A stretch of DNA of 40,549 nucleotides from NCBI GenBank assembly GCA_947629465.1, contig CANRDZ010000003.1, forward strand, positions 1-40,549, given 5' to 3'. Positions 9,103 through 19,031 of this stretch are shown piece by piece (within the stretch, counting starts at the first letter, position 1; each line of letters starts with the position of its first letter). The position numbers were made by a program, and so were the translations under genes. This DNA is from an uncultured Bacilli bacterium. GTDB taxonomy: Bacteria > Bacillota_I > Bacilli_A > RF39 > UBA660. The notes beneath the pieces were generated by a model. The model made no database searches. It saw only the letters and a program-made list of their open reading frames with translations, and was not told where the DNA came from.

Positions 9103-9559
9103 TCACACCACCTTATCAAAAACAAAATATGTTTGTCCGACCTTGCTGCCTAATTAAAATTACTTTATCGCCTACCTTCAGTGCATTGTAAAAAGTAATT
9201 GTTTTTGTTCCCTTTACTTCGTGAGTATGAGTATTGTCAAAGCTTCCTATTTCTGATGTAGTTGTACGCTCTGATCCACCATTTATCGTTGTATCTAAAT
9301 AGTTTACTTCGTGTGTGTGTTGCGTATTCGTAGATGTAGCTTCAGTTGCTGTATCTATTTCTATATTCACTTCATAATCCGTTAAATGTTGTGGTACCCT
9401 TAAACATTCGCTTGGAAGTATTAATTTTTGGTCTATCTGAATGCTTAAAGGAGAAGTTGCAATAACTTCTCCTTGTACGATAGTTGTAGGTTTAGAGGCA
9501 ATCACAGCTTTAACAGCTATATCTTTCATCATAGTTAACCATTCTGCACCCGTATTCAA
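9103..9559 (-). CDS. Baseplate spike-like protein (XkdR/DUF2577), C-terminus via +1 shift at CGG 9139-9137
   Basis: GEVIATSPLSIQIDQK; LKVGDKVILIRQQG-[C]GGA gives QQGGQTYFVFDKVV*; TTG start after GGAGGT. Confidence 0.85.
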
Positions 9560-9573
9560 TTTTTTACCTCCAA

Positions 9574-10542
9574 TCATATATTTAGTGTTAAGTCTATATT
9601 AAAAACATTGCCACCTTCAAAAGTAAGTTGTGCCTCATCTATTAAGAAATATTTCTTTATATTCTCATCATTTAAAATTATTCCTACACTTTGTCCAGCC
9701 CTAACAAATTCACCAGTTGCTTTAATTTTCAACGCTTCCGTTTTTTTACCTTTTAATGCTGCAATAGTATTTAATTTTTCTTTTATTTGTTCTTCATTTA
9801 ATCCTTCTTTTGCAACTTCAAAATATTGTAATATACCCCATTTAGAAATAAGCTCCGAATTTTCAGCTATATATACTTCTCTTCTACCAGTATCCTTATT
9901 ATCTTGAACAATTTTAAATCTCGAATAACTATTTTCAATATCTGTTGAATAGGTACCTCCAGTTATATGTGTATTTTCAGATAATACTAAATTTGTTACC
10001 AAACTATTTAATGATTTTAATTCTAATTTTCCAAAATTATCATAAAAGCAATATTGAATGCCAGTATTATCGCTTGTTATTCCTAGTGCTTCTACAATCA
10101 TGTCTAACAAGTTAACATCATCTTCAACTAATTTAGGTATTACAAAGCCAGTATCTTCTATTTCTCCTATTTCTAATTTATAATCATTTGCAATCTGCAT
10201 GATAATTTCATTTGCTTTTTTGTTTATGAATACATAAGAAGATTTATAAAGCAAATATTTAATTTGATCATATACTGTAATTGTTCTTCCTTTTGTTTTT
10301 AAATCTTTTTCATTCTTAAACACAACACCTTTAAAAATATTATTTGTATCAGTTTGAAATGTAATTATATCTCCATCTTCAATCTTAAATTCAGAATTTT
10401 GGTATGCATCTCCATTCTCAATATTAAGCTTTAACGATCCACAACTTCCAACTCTTTTAGTTTTTATGGTTGGCTTAGATACAATTTTATTAAGACACCA
10501 TTTATCTCCATTTTTCTTATATAAAATAATACTATGTTCCAT
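9574..10542 (-). CDS. Baseplate hub (XkdQ/YqbQ-like)
   Basis: YDQIKYL, GEIEDTG, YDNFGKL, KWGILQY; position in the module. Confidence 0.85.
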   Translation of the reverse strand: MEHSIILYKKNGDKWCLNKIVSKPTIKTKRVGSCGSLKLNIENGDAYQNSEFKIEDGDIITFQTDTNNIFKGVVFKNEKDLKTKGRTITVYDQIKYLLYKSSYVFINKKANEIIMQIANDYKLEIGEIEDTGFVIPKLVEDDVNLLDMIVEALGITSDNTGIQYCFYDNFGKLELKSLNSLVTNLVLSENTHITGGTYSTDIENSYSRFKIVQDNKDTGRREVYIAENSELISKWGILQYFEVAKEGLNEEQIKEKLNTIAALKGKKTEALKIKATGEFVRAGQSVGIILNDENIKKYFLIDEAQLTFEGGNVFNIDLTLNI

Positions 10543-11218
10543 TTAGTACACCTTTAGTACCTTTCCGGACTCTTAAACCATTATTGAGCATTTCATCCGT
10601 TAGTCCATTCAATCTTTTTAAATTCCAATATCCATCATCATTTCCATATAATTGCCTTGATATTTTAGATAATGTGTCACCTTCTTTTACAACATATGTT
10701 TGAGGTACTTCTCTAGTATTCTCTCTCTTTTTTATAACTGTTGCTTCAATTTGTTCTTCATTCGCATTATTCTGCTGTGAATCTATGTATATTTTTTCTG
10801 CGCCATAAAATTTATATTCTTTCAAAGAAAGTTCATAATGCCATGTTCCAACATCTCCACCTTCTTCATCATAATCAAATGACTCTATTGAAACAGGGCT
10901 GTTAAGTTCAACCGTTCCTCCTGTAATTACTAACCTAATCGGTCTCAATTTTAAAAACCAATTCTCTATAGTTTTTATATAATATGATGGATTATATAAA
11001 ACATCAGAAGTTATTGCAGGATACCATGATGATGGAAACTCTGATTTAATCTTTAATGTAAAACCTTTTGGCAATCTCTGTTGAGTAATTTCACCTAATG
11101 TTAAAACTTCATTCGATTTATTATTTCCTTTATGTTGTATTTCAATCGTTTCTGGTAAAACAGGGATTTCAAAACCTTCAGCATTATTATTAAAGCTTAA
11201 AAATATGTGATAACTCAT
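10543..11218 (-). CDS. Tail tube initiator with LysM (XkdP-like), C-terminus via +1 shift at CGG 10567-10565
   Basis: PVLPE, YELSLKEY, YVVKEGDTLSKIS; GTC-[C]GGA gives LRVGKVLKVY* ending directly before the next ATG. Confidence 0.85.
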
Positions 11219-13116
11219 CCTACAGGCACCCCTTCCATACTTTCTTTAGTAGCCTCATATACAGTAGTACGCATTTTATCAAGAATAAAATCTGCATCTG
11301 CATTCTCATTAACATTATCAACATGAAAATTAATGATAGGCTGATTACTTATATTGTTTTGTATAAACTTCTTTTCTGCTAGTTCTCTCATAAGTTTTAA
11401 ATCTTCTGATGATATGTCTACTGTATCCTTTATACTATTAACTGTATCTACAGTTCCAATATTTCCTATCGTTTCATTTCCATTAAATGCATTATCTATA
11501 CCACTTTTTAAATCATCAATCCAATTGTTTCTATTTGCCACTCTTTCATCTCTTGTTGCTTCTAGTTCTTTTTGTTTATTTATTACATCTAATGCTGCCG
11601 ATTGCAAATCAGCATCTCTTTCCGCTTTTTCTTTTGCAAATTCCATTGCAGCATCCATTCCCATTGTCGAACGATTTGTAATCAAGTCTATTGATACTCC
11701 TGGTATCTTATTTAACATTGATAGAAAGCTATTAATTTTATCAATTGCTCCATTAATAAATCCATCAATTATTGTTAGTGCTCCAACTTTAAAATATCCA
11801 ATAAAATCTAATAAGCCATACCATATTGTTTTAAAACCTAATGCAAACATCATAATTCCTATTTGAACGTTATCCCATGCTGTTATAAATGCTTTTGCAA
11901 CATTATCATTTGTTACCCATAAATATCCTAAAATTGCAATAAGTGCAACAATTAATGCGACTATCCTTACTACTGGGCAAGCCCAAAATGCACTGTTTAA
12001 CATATTTTGTGCAACTGTAGCAATTCCTGTTGCTATACTGTATGCACCCCACATAGCTACAATGGCTAAAAGCCCAATTCCAATACCAAATAAAATAGGT
12101 TCAAATGGTTCTAATACATTTGCTAGCCATATACATCCATCAACAATAAACATTATTGTATCGCCAAATATGTACATTGCATTAGTAACACCTTCAACAA
12201 AAGATGAAAAACTTTCTGTATTTATTAAATCATTAATTTTCTTAGTAACAGGTTCAAAAGCTTTTATGACATCATTTTTAAATTGTGTCCATATAGAACC
12301 AAATGTTTTAGGCATTTCTTCAAACTTTAAATTTATATCATCTGTTGCTTTGAAAATAGCATTTTTTAATCCTTGTGCTGTTACTTGTCCTTTACTTACC
12401 ATGTCATCAAGTTCTTTTCTAGTTACTCCATAATAATCTTGAATATATTGAATCATTTGAGGTGCATTTTGCTTTAATATACGATAATCGTTACCTAATA
12501 AAGATCCGCTAGATAATGACTGTGTTAAGTTGTACATTGTTGAAGAAATTGCATTTGAATCAAGTCCAGATGTAGTAAATAACTTACTTAGATTTTCAGA
12601 AAAAGCAATTATTTGATTATTATCATTATTAAATGCTGTCCCTGCTTGCATTCCCAACGAGGCTATTATAGATGATTGGTTCATATAATCTACTCTTGCT
12701 CTCTGTGCAGATGCAAAAATTTTATTTTTCAAATCTCCAATATCATCTTGGCCATTATTCATAAGTTTTAACCTTGCATCAGTTTGAGTGCTAACATCTG
12801 AAAAATCAATTATTTTTTTTACGCTTAATACACCTAATGCTGTTCTTATGATATTTCCCAAGCCTTGAAAATTTGAACCAGTTTCTTTTACCTTTCTATT
12901 AAATCTATCTTGTTCTTCTTCAGCTTTCTTTATATAAGAACCAACGTCTTGAATCTTACTTCTTGCTAATTCTAGGTTACTTGTTACTATTGGATCTTTA
13001 GTTTTTCTGTTCATTCTCTCAAAAGCATTAATTGTTAAATTCATAGATTGCTGAATAGATTTTAAAACCGGTGTAAAACCATCATGTAATCTAAGTGCTT
13101 GTGTTACTGTTGACAT
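11215..13116 (-). CDS. Tape measure protein
   Basis: IFASAQRAR, NLTQSLSSG.L.G, KFEEMPKTF; hydrophobic middle; follows the chaperones. Confidence 0.92.
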   Translation of the reverse strand: MSTVTQALRLHDGFTPVLKSIQQSMNLTINAFERMNRKTKDPIVTSNLELARSKIQDVGSYIKKAEEEQDRFNRKVKETGSNFQGLGNIIRTALGVLSVKKIIDFSDVSTQTDARLKLMNNGQDDIGDLKNKIFASAQRARVDYMNQSSIIASLGMQAGTAFNNDNNQIIAFSENLSKLFTTSGLDSNAISSTMYNLTQSLSSGSLLGNDYRILKQNAPQMIQYIQDYYGVTRKELDDMVSKGQVTAQGLKNAIFKATDDINLKFEEMPKTFGSIWTQFKNDVIKAFEPVTKKINDLINTESFSSFVEGVTNAMYIFGDTIMFIVDGCIWLANVLEPFEPILFGIGIGLLAIVAMWGAYSIATGIATVAQNMLNSAFWACPVVRIVALIVALIAILGYLWVTNDNVAKAFITAWDNVQIGIMMFALGFKTIWYGLLDFIGYFKVGALTIIDGFINGAIDKINSFLSMLNKIPGVSIDLITNRSTMGMDAAMEFAKEKAERDADLQSAALDVINKQKELEATRDERVANRNNWIDDLKSGIDNAFNGNETIGNIGTVDTVNSIKDTVDISSEDLKLMRELAEKKFIQNNISNQPIINFHVDNVNENADADFILDKMRTTVYEATKESMEGVPVG

Positions 13117-13132
13117 TTATGAAACCTCCTTT

Positions 13133-13312
13133 CTATTTTTTTAGTTTGTCTCGCTCCCTTTTTTCATCTTCTATCATTATATCTATTGAAGCACATACAA
13201 AAAGTTTTTCTCTGCGAGGCAAATTTAAAAATTCATGAGGAAACTTATTAAAACGATGAAGGCAATAATGAGCATACATTGCATCACTATCGCCTTCTCT
13301 TATTAGTTTTTT
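13133..13312 (-). CDS. Tail chaperone GT-like extension via -1 frameshift
   Basis: Slippery A-AAA-AAC (13312-13306) before TAA; -1 frame LIREGDSDAMYAHYCLH... open to 13133. Confidence 0.8.
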   Translation of the reverse strand, partial: KKLIREGDSDAMYAHYCLHRFNKFPHEFLNLPRREKLFVCASIDIMIEDEKRERDKLKK

Positions 13313-13707
13313 GCTGCTTCTACTAATTCATTTGGATCTTGATCATATCCATTTACTTCTCTTACCTTGTAAAGTAAATCACTTAATTCTCCTGGATTGA
13401 ACATTTTATCTAGTAATGCCTCTGCACCTAATACTCCCCATTTTGCTTGTAATTCTGAATTTTTAAAATCAGGAACAATAACAGTTTCAATTACTAGTTT
13501 TTTCATGTATAAATCTGTATCAAGTTCAGAAGTATATGTATTTCCTTTTTGTTTCACTCTCTTTTGACTTTGGCTTCTAATTACTTTATCTTTTTCTTCA
13601 GTAATTGCTTTTAAAACAAATTCTCTTGGAAATCTCTTTGACACTTTATAAGACACCTCTTCAACAGGTGCAATATCTTCCATTAAAAAACCTTTTAAAT
13701 CATCCAT
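13303..13707 (-). CDS. Tail assembly chaperone (XkdN-like)
   Basis: PDFKNSELQ, PGE, EAAKN ending; between tube and TMP. Confidence 0.85.
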   Translation of the reverse strand: MDDLKGFLMEDIAPVEEVSYKVSKRFPREFVLKAITEEKDKVIRSQSQKRVKQKGNTYTSELDTDLYMKKLVIETVIVPDFKNSELQAKWGVLGAEALLDKMFNPGELSDLLYKVREVNGYDQDPNELVEAAKN

Positions 13708-13721
13708 ACTTTAATTCTCCT

Positions 13722-14195
13722 TTACGCTAAATTAGATGGTAATGAAAATTCATCCAAATATTTAATATCTCCATAACTAAATGGTACTTCATAGTCTAAT
13801 GCATCAGAATCAACATCCCATTGTGCCATTACAGCTTTTGAAATATTTACATCATACAATACTGCTGTTTGCTTTCCAATTCCTGATGTTGGATCATCAT
13901 TTATAATTGTCATATCAAAATAAGTATCTATACCATTATGAATATAGTCTGACATTACTCTTCTAAATTCTGGTGTAACATCATAAATTGTCATTGTGCC
14001 AGTTAATTTAACACCTGTTGCTTTTTGTTGTACTATTCGCCTACCGACAGTTTTGACATCTGTTGTGGTTTTTTCTGCTTCTGCAGTTACTTTTTTGGCA
14101 AAAAACATTAATATATTTCTTCCGTTTATTGTCATATATCCATGCGCTTCTTGACCACTAATAATATCTTTTGCTAACAAATATTTATTATCCAT
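13722..14195 (-). CDS. Tail tube protein (XkdM-like)
   Basis: DIISG, GTMTIY, NDDPTS..GKQ. Confidence 0.9.
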   Translation of the reverse strand: MDNKYLLAKDIISGQEAHGYMTINGRNILMFFAKKVTAEAEKTTTDVKTVGRRIVQQKATGVKLTGTMTIYDVTPEFRRVMSDYIHNGIDTYFDMTIINDDPTSGIGKQTAVLYDVNISKAVMAQWDVDSDALDYEVPFSYGDIKYLDEFSLPSNLA

Positions 14196-15538
14196 TACGA
14201 ATTACCTCCTCCAACATAGATATCCATATACAATTTTTCCATAGCATCCACAGGTTGAACATATAAAATAACTCTTATACTTTCTATTCCTTCTCCTGCT
14301 TTTACTTCTAAATCTTTACTTGCATCAAAATTTTGTATAGCTTCGAGTTGCTCCAAATTAGATAAATATTTTATAAGTTGAGCTTTGAAAAGATTTCGAC
14401 CATCTTCGTTATTGCTTAACTTACCAATAAAGTAATCTTCAAATATTCTTTTCACATCTGTTCCAATTGCATCTAAACAACGAATAACTCTGTTTTTAGA
14501 AAACTCTTTTGCTTTATCCATTGTGAAAGTATGTAAAGTATTAACATCTTGTTCTATTACAACTTTTTCTTTCTTTTCAACAAATACTATATGTCCTGCT
14601 TGTAAATATTCTTCTATTTGAGAATTAGTATATTTGTCAGATGCTGGAACTGATATTGCTTCATCATATACCTCATAAGTATTTGATTTATTTACTTCAG
14701 ATCCTGCAGTTAATCCTGCAATATATACCGTAGCTTGTATATTGGTTAGTGTTGTACCATCTTCTAAAATCACTCCATTTTTAACAGATATTATTCCTTC
14801 ATGGTCTGGTACATTATAGTCTGCAACAACAACTTGAATTTTCTTGCCCTCATCATCCCTTTGACGTTTTACATAGTTACAAACAGCTTGTTTTATTGTT
14901 AATGTATCTACTGGAAGTGCAATCGTATTAAAATCAAATGGTGTAATTGCATTCAAGAAATTTTCAGTATAATCTGTATTAGTTATTTCTCCATTTGTTC
15001 CACCAGATAATTTTATTCCACTTTCATTAGCTACTAATGTATCTTCACTCACTGCTTCAAATTCAACATATTTATTAGATTTCAAACTACTAATACTATT
15101 TACATACTGTGTATCAACATTAATTCCATCTAATACTGTATTCACATAAAAATATCCTTCATTATCTGAATCTTCAATAATGGTTGTCACAATATCATTT
15201 CCACGAACACCAGAATATTTTGCTTTTACAGTTAAATTTTCATCTGTTCCCTCTGCTTTTGTGCCAGTATTAACTCTATATATTAATGTCTTAATAGCTC
15301 TTTTCATTGCTTCTTTAATTAAAAGCATTTCTGGATCACTTATATAATGACCAAAAATATCATAAATGTTTGTATCTCTATTTACTTCAACCACTTGTTT
15401 TTCAGGTCCCCATGGCAATTCAACTGGAACAACAACAGTTCCTCTACTAGACATTAAATCAAGAGATCCATTTTTTGATTTAAAATTCATATATACGCCT
15501 GGTCTTTTTTTATTTTCAATCGTAAAGTTTCCTCCCAT
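14195..15538 (-). CDS. Tail sheath protein (XkdK-like)
   Basis: RPGVYMNF, LPWGP, AKYSGVRGN, KNRVIR.LD, PVDAMEKLY. Confidence 0.95.
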   Translation of the reverse strand: MGGNFTIENKKRPGVYMNFKSKNGSLDLMSSRGTVVVPVELPWGPEKQVVEVNRDTNIYDIFGHYISDPEMLLIKEAMKRAIKTLIYRVNTGTKAEGTDENLTVKAKYSGVRGNDIVTTIIEDSDNEGYFYVNTVLDGINVDTQYVNSISSLKSNKYVEFEAVSEDTLVANESGIKLSGGTNGEITNTDYTENFLNAITPFDFNTIALPVDTLTIKQAVCNYVKRQRDDEGKKIQVVVADYNVPDHEGIISVKNGVILEDGTTLTNIQATVYIAGLTAGSEVNKSNTYEVYDEAISVPASDKYTNSQIEEYLQAGHIVFVEKKEKVVIEQDVNTLHTFTMDKAKEFSKNRVIRCLDAIGTDVKRIFEDYFIGKLSNNEDGRNLFKAQLIKYLSNLEQLEAIQNFDASKDLEVKAGEGIESIRVILYVQPVDAMEKLYMDIYVGGGNS

Positions 15539-15781
15539 TTAAACCATCCTTTCATAAAAATTATTTAACAAAGTTCTCACTTCTTGATGAGAATATTTTT
15601 CATTTTTACTCAATATTGCCTTTAAAATATCTTTTTCAATATTGGTATATTTTTTACTCAATAAAATAGAGGTAACAGAATATTTTTTATCTGTTACCTC
15701 TTCATTATTTTTTGTTATTTTATTTGATTTTTTTGTTATATTTTTTGTGTTTTTTGTTACTTTTTCAGCTTTTTTGTTCAC
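15539..15781 (-). CDS. Small hypothetical tail-module protein
   Basis: RBS GGAGGAG; usual position before the sheath gene. Confidence 0.6.
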   Translation of the reverse strand: MNKKAEKVTKNTKNITKKSNKITKNNEEVTDKKYSVTSILLSKKYTNIEKDILKAILSKNEKYSHQEVRTLLNNFYERMV

Positions 15782-16205
15782 TTTTTATCCTCTCCTCCAA
15801 ATCCATATTTTCAATTAATGGAACATTTTCCTTTTGTTTTAATATATGAACTTTATATGTAATAAATAAATGTAAAGTTTCATCATCCTCTATCTTATAT
15901 GATAGTTTAGATGCTCTTATTTTTGATTTATCCTCTAAATTTATATATTCAAGTAAGAACATTAAATTATCTGCCATTTTTATTCTATCTTCATTTGTAT
16001 TACTAAAATATCTTAAATCGTAATCATATTCTCTACGATATCTATTATCCAACAATTTTTGTTGAGAGGGTTCTATAGATTTAATAAAAAAACAAGGTTC
16101 TCTAAATCCTTGTTCTATTTTTTCATCATATCTTGGAATATTATTGTAATTATCCTTTAATATCGTTAAAATTCCATTTTTTATTTGCTCATCCACATTT
16201 ACCAC
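15765..16205 (-). CDS. Tail terminator (XkdJ/DUF6838-like)
   Basis: YDEKIEQGFREPCFFI. Confidence 0.8.
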   Translation of the reverse strand: MVNVDEQIKNGILTILKDNYNNIPRYDEKIEQGFREPCFFIKSIEPSQQKLLDNRYRREYDYDLRYFSNTNEDRIKMADNLMFLLEYINLEDKSKIRASKLSYKIEDDETLHLFITYKVHILKQKENVPLIENMDLEERIKSEQKS

Positions 16206-16206
16206 C

Positions 16207-16695
16207 TCAATTAAATATTTTTTTCAATAATTCAAATGACTCTTTATCTATGATATTTGGCATTTGCGCCTCTACTTCATTTACAGAAATACGAAGCATA
16301 AATTTTCCTTCAACCCATCCGCTTTTTTTGTCTCCAACAAACATCCCTTCTTTAGCATCATGGTCATATAAAAAAACATTACCACTCCATGTTCCAGGTA
16401 CGAAATGAGCTCTAAATCCATTTTCTACAAAACTTGAATATTCTTTAGTATTATATATTTCAACATATAAATAGTTTCCTCTACGAGTTACTTTTGAAAC
16501 ATACCAATTACGTCTCATTTCTCCACTACTTCTATCATTTGGTGTTCTTTTTTTTACTTTACTTAATACTAAATTTGCTATATCAGATAATAATTGCATA
16601 AAAAAATTATCTACAACTCTATTTTTTATAGCATTATTTATATTATTACTAAGCTTCCTAAATTCGCTAAAATCAAAACTTCCCCAATTTGCCAT
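16207..16695 (-). CDS. HK97 gp10-family neck protein
   Basis: KKRTP...GEMRRNW, EYSSFVENG, WVEGKFML. Confidence 0.85.
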   Translation of the reverse strand: MANWGSFDFSEFRKLSNNINNAIKNRVVDNFFMQLLSDIANLVLSKVKKRTPNDRSSGEMRRNWYVSKVTRRGNYLYVEIYNTKEYSSFVENGFRAHFVPGTWSGNVFLYDHDAKEGMFVGDKKSGWVEGKFMLRISVNEVEAQMPNIIDKESFELLKKIFN

Positions 16696-17072
16696 TATGC
16701 TTTCTCATCCCTCTCAACAATAATTTCTTGATGCGTAGGATATTTAAATGGCTCTCCAGTATGTTTCAAGTGATAATTCATTCCATCTTGTTCCACATTT
16801 ATTCTATCTCCTGCTTTAATTTCTATTTCTGGAGCACAAAAAAGCTTTATTGTATAATTTACATCAGCAACATCAACTTTTTGATTTGCATTATTCAATT
16901 TATCTTTTGAAAGAGCGCAAGGTATATTGACATATACTTCTTTTTCTATTTGTTTAGTTGCAGGACTTAAAGGATCATCCAATTCTTCTTTACGAACAAT
17001 TTTCATTTTTCCACTATAGGTTGCTTCAATAGCTTTTCTTTCTTGCTCAAGCATATCATTCATAAGAATCAC
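16695..17072 (-). CDS. Head closure / head-tail adaptor
   Basis: IPCALS, KLFCAPE..IKAGD, YPTHQEI. Confidence 0.8.
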   Translation of the reverse strand: MILMNDMLEQERKAIEATYSGKMKIVRKEELDDPLSPATKQIEKEVYVNIPCALSKDKLNNANQKVDVADVNYTIKLFCAPEIEIKAGDRINVEQDGMNYHLKHTGEPFKYPTHQEIIVERDEKA

Positions 17073-17455
17073 CTCGAAAGTTTTCTAACACTATTCAAAA
17101 TAATAGCATAATCATTCCATAATGTACTTCGTATAGACTTATTCAACTTATTAGCACTAACATCCTGAAACTCTGTTCTTACATCACCACGTTGTACACT
17201 TTTTATTCCTGGTGTAAATCTCGCACTAGCTGAAGATTTGCTACTTAAATCTTGATAATCTATAGCCATATCATACAAAGTCATTTCAAGACTTTCTGGA
17301 ACCTTGTCCCAATGAATATATAATAAAATAATATTAATTGTTTCGTATAATATTTCTTCTATTAAGTCCATATCTTCAGTTTCTAGTTTTTTCTTCAATC
17401 TTGATATAACATAATCTGGAGAAAACGATAGTAATTTCTTTATTTTTTCTAGCAT
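17069..17455 (-). CDS. Head-tail connector (gp15/gp6-like)
   Basis: VPESLE, IKSVQRGDVRTEF; position in the module. Confidence 0.75.
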   Translation of the reverse strand: MLEKIKKLLSFSPDYVISRLKKKLETEDMDLIEEILYETINIILLYIHWDKVPESLEMTLYDMAIDYQDLSSKSSASARFTPGIKSVQRGDVRTEFQDVSANKLNKSIRSTLWNDYAIILNSVRKLSR

Positions 17456-17466
17456 TATCGTACCTC

Positions 17467-17760
17467 CTATTCGTTATTATTATCTCCTTCAAATGTTTCT
17501 AATTTTTCTTTTAAAATAGCAACTGTGTCTTTTTCTCCTACAGGAATACCTTTTTCTTTGCACAAATTAATCAAATCTTGTTTGCTAAGGTTTTTATTTC
17601 CCTTACTTGTATTATTATCATCATTTTTTGTACTATTAGCAATATTTTCTACCTTTTTAGTTTCATAAGGAACATATCCTTGTTTTCTATATATAACATT
17701 GTATGCTTTATCAGTTGCAGTAATAATATGTCCATTTTTAATATATTCTTTTAATTTCAT
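17467..17760 (-). CDS. Small head-associated protein with helix-extension-helix-like C-terminus
   Basis: LSKQDLINLCKEKGI...VAILKEKL; RBS AAAGGAG. Confidence 0.6.
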   Translation of the reverse strand: MKLKEYIKNGHIITATDKAYNVIYRKQGYVPYETKKVENIANSTKNDDNNTSKGNKNLSKQDLINLCKEKGIPVGEKDTVAILKEKLETFEGDNNNE

Positions 17761-17783
17761 ATCTAATTCTCCTTTCATTTATA

Positions 17784-17813
17784 AATAGAAGCGGAATTTT
17801 AACCGCTTCTATT
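17784..17813. terminator. Terminator hairpin after the capsid gene
   Basis: AATAGAAGCGG / CCGCTTCTATT. Confidence 0.75.
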
Positions 17814-18975
17814 AGGAACCAACTTCTACAGATGTAACACTAGATTTAGCAACAATTTTATTACTTGTAGATGATTCTACAACAATTATTTTATCACTAC
17901 TAGAACATTCAATATCTTCGTTAACTTTTAAATCAGAATATTCTGTTGCTTCATCTCCATAAGATGGCTCAGTAATGTTTGCTGAGACTTTATATTTTAA
18001 TTTTCCGCTACCTGTATTTCCATTAACTTCTGTTACTTTTGTATGTGTAGCATCAGATCCAGCACCTACTGTAATTGATAATGTTCCCATTAAATTGCTT
18101 TTTTCTGGTACTAATAAAGCAAAAGCTTCATCTTTAATTGGTAAATGTCCTAATCTCATAGTAGCTTTAATAGCAATTAAATCTTGCTCAGCTAATGAAA
18201 TTGGTTTACCATCTGAATCAATTGTTCCTTGTAATGTTGCTTCTTTTAAAATTTCATATTCTATACCTTCTCTAATACCAACAATTGATTTATTCCAATC
18301 AGCTGCAATTAATTCTCCTTTTGTCTTGTCCCAAGAACCATTTCTTGAAAACTCAATAGGATTTGAATATAGTTCTTTTTGATTAACTCCATCAACAAAT
18401 AGTTGATTTCCATTATTATCTCTTAATTTTCTTAAAGAATTTTTTAATCCGTAATGTGCTGTAAAACCATTTACATCTAATCCTGAATCTTCAATTAAAG
18501 CCATAACATCAGAAATATCTAAATCAAGTGCTACTGCGTTATCTCTAACAATGATATTTCCAGCATTAACTGCAGAACTATAAATATTCTTTTTAAATGG
18601 AGAATTAATTCCAAAGAATCCAGCAGCATCAATAGCAGTATAAAAAGCTTCTGCAATTGCTCCTTTCAATTCTTCAAATACTGCTATTGTAGTATCGTTT
18701 AGCTTTTCTTTTGTGACTGGAATTATAACAGCTAATTTTTTAGCTTCAATTTCAGGAAAAATCCATCCAGCTTTAGATGTTTTTATTCTTTCACCCTCAC
18801 TAACCCAATATGCTCCTGGTCCTTCCGTCATAACTGGAAATTTCTTTTTATCACTTTCCATTTTTTCTACTTTTGATAATCTTAATAAACTTGAACCTCT
18901 AGCAACATCTTTCATAATTTCTTTTGCTTGTTCAGTTGGTACGAAACCTCTTAACTCATCTTTTAAATAACCCAT
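17812..18975 (-). CDS. Major capsid protein (HK97 fold) with beta-rich C-terminal extension
   Basis: GFVPTE, AYWVSEG, KKLAVIIPVT, EQDLIAIKATMRLG; start MGYLK after AAGGAGG. Confidence 0.93.
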   Translation of the reverse strand: MGYLKDELRGFVPTEQAKEIMKDVARGSSLLRLSKVEKMESDKKKFPVMTEGPGAYWVSEGERIKTSKAGWIFPEIEAKKLAVIIPVTKEKLNDTTIAVFEELKGAIAEAFYTAIDAAGFFGINSPFKKNIYSSAVNAGNIIVRDNAVALDLDISDVMALIEDSGLDVNGFTAHYGLKNSLRKLRDNNGNQLFVDGVNQKELYSNPIEFSRNGSWDKTKGELIAADWNKSIVGIREGIEYEILKEATLQGTIDSDGKPISLAEQDLIAIKATMRLGHLPIKDEAFALLVPEKSNLMGTLSITVGAGSDATHTKVTEVNGNTGSGKLKYKVSANITEPSYGDEATEYSDLKVNEDIECSSSDKIIVVESSTSNKIVAKSSVTSVEVGS

Positions 18976-19031
18976 TCTATTTTCCTCCTTATAATTAAAT
19001 AAAAAAGACTGCATTTTATACAGTCCAAAAA

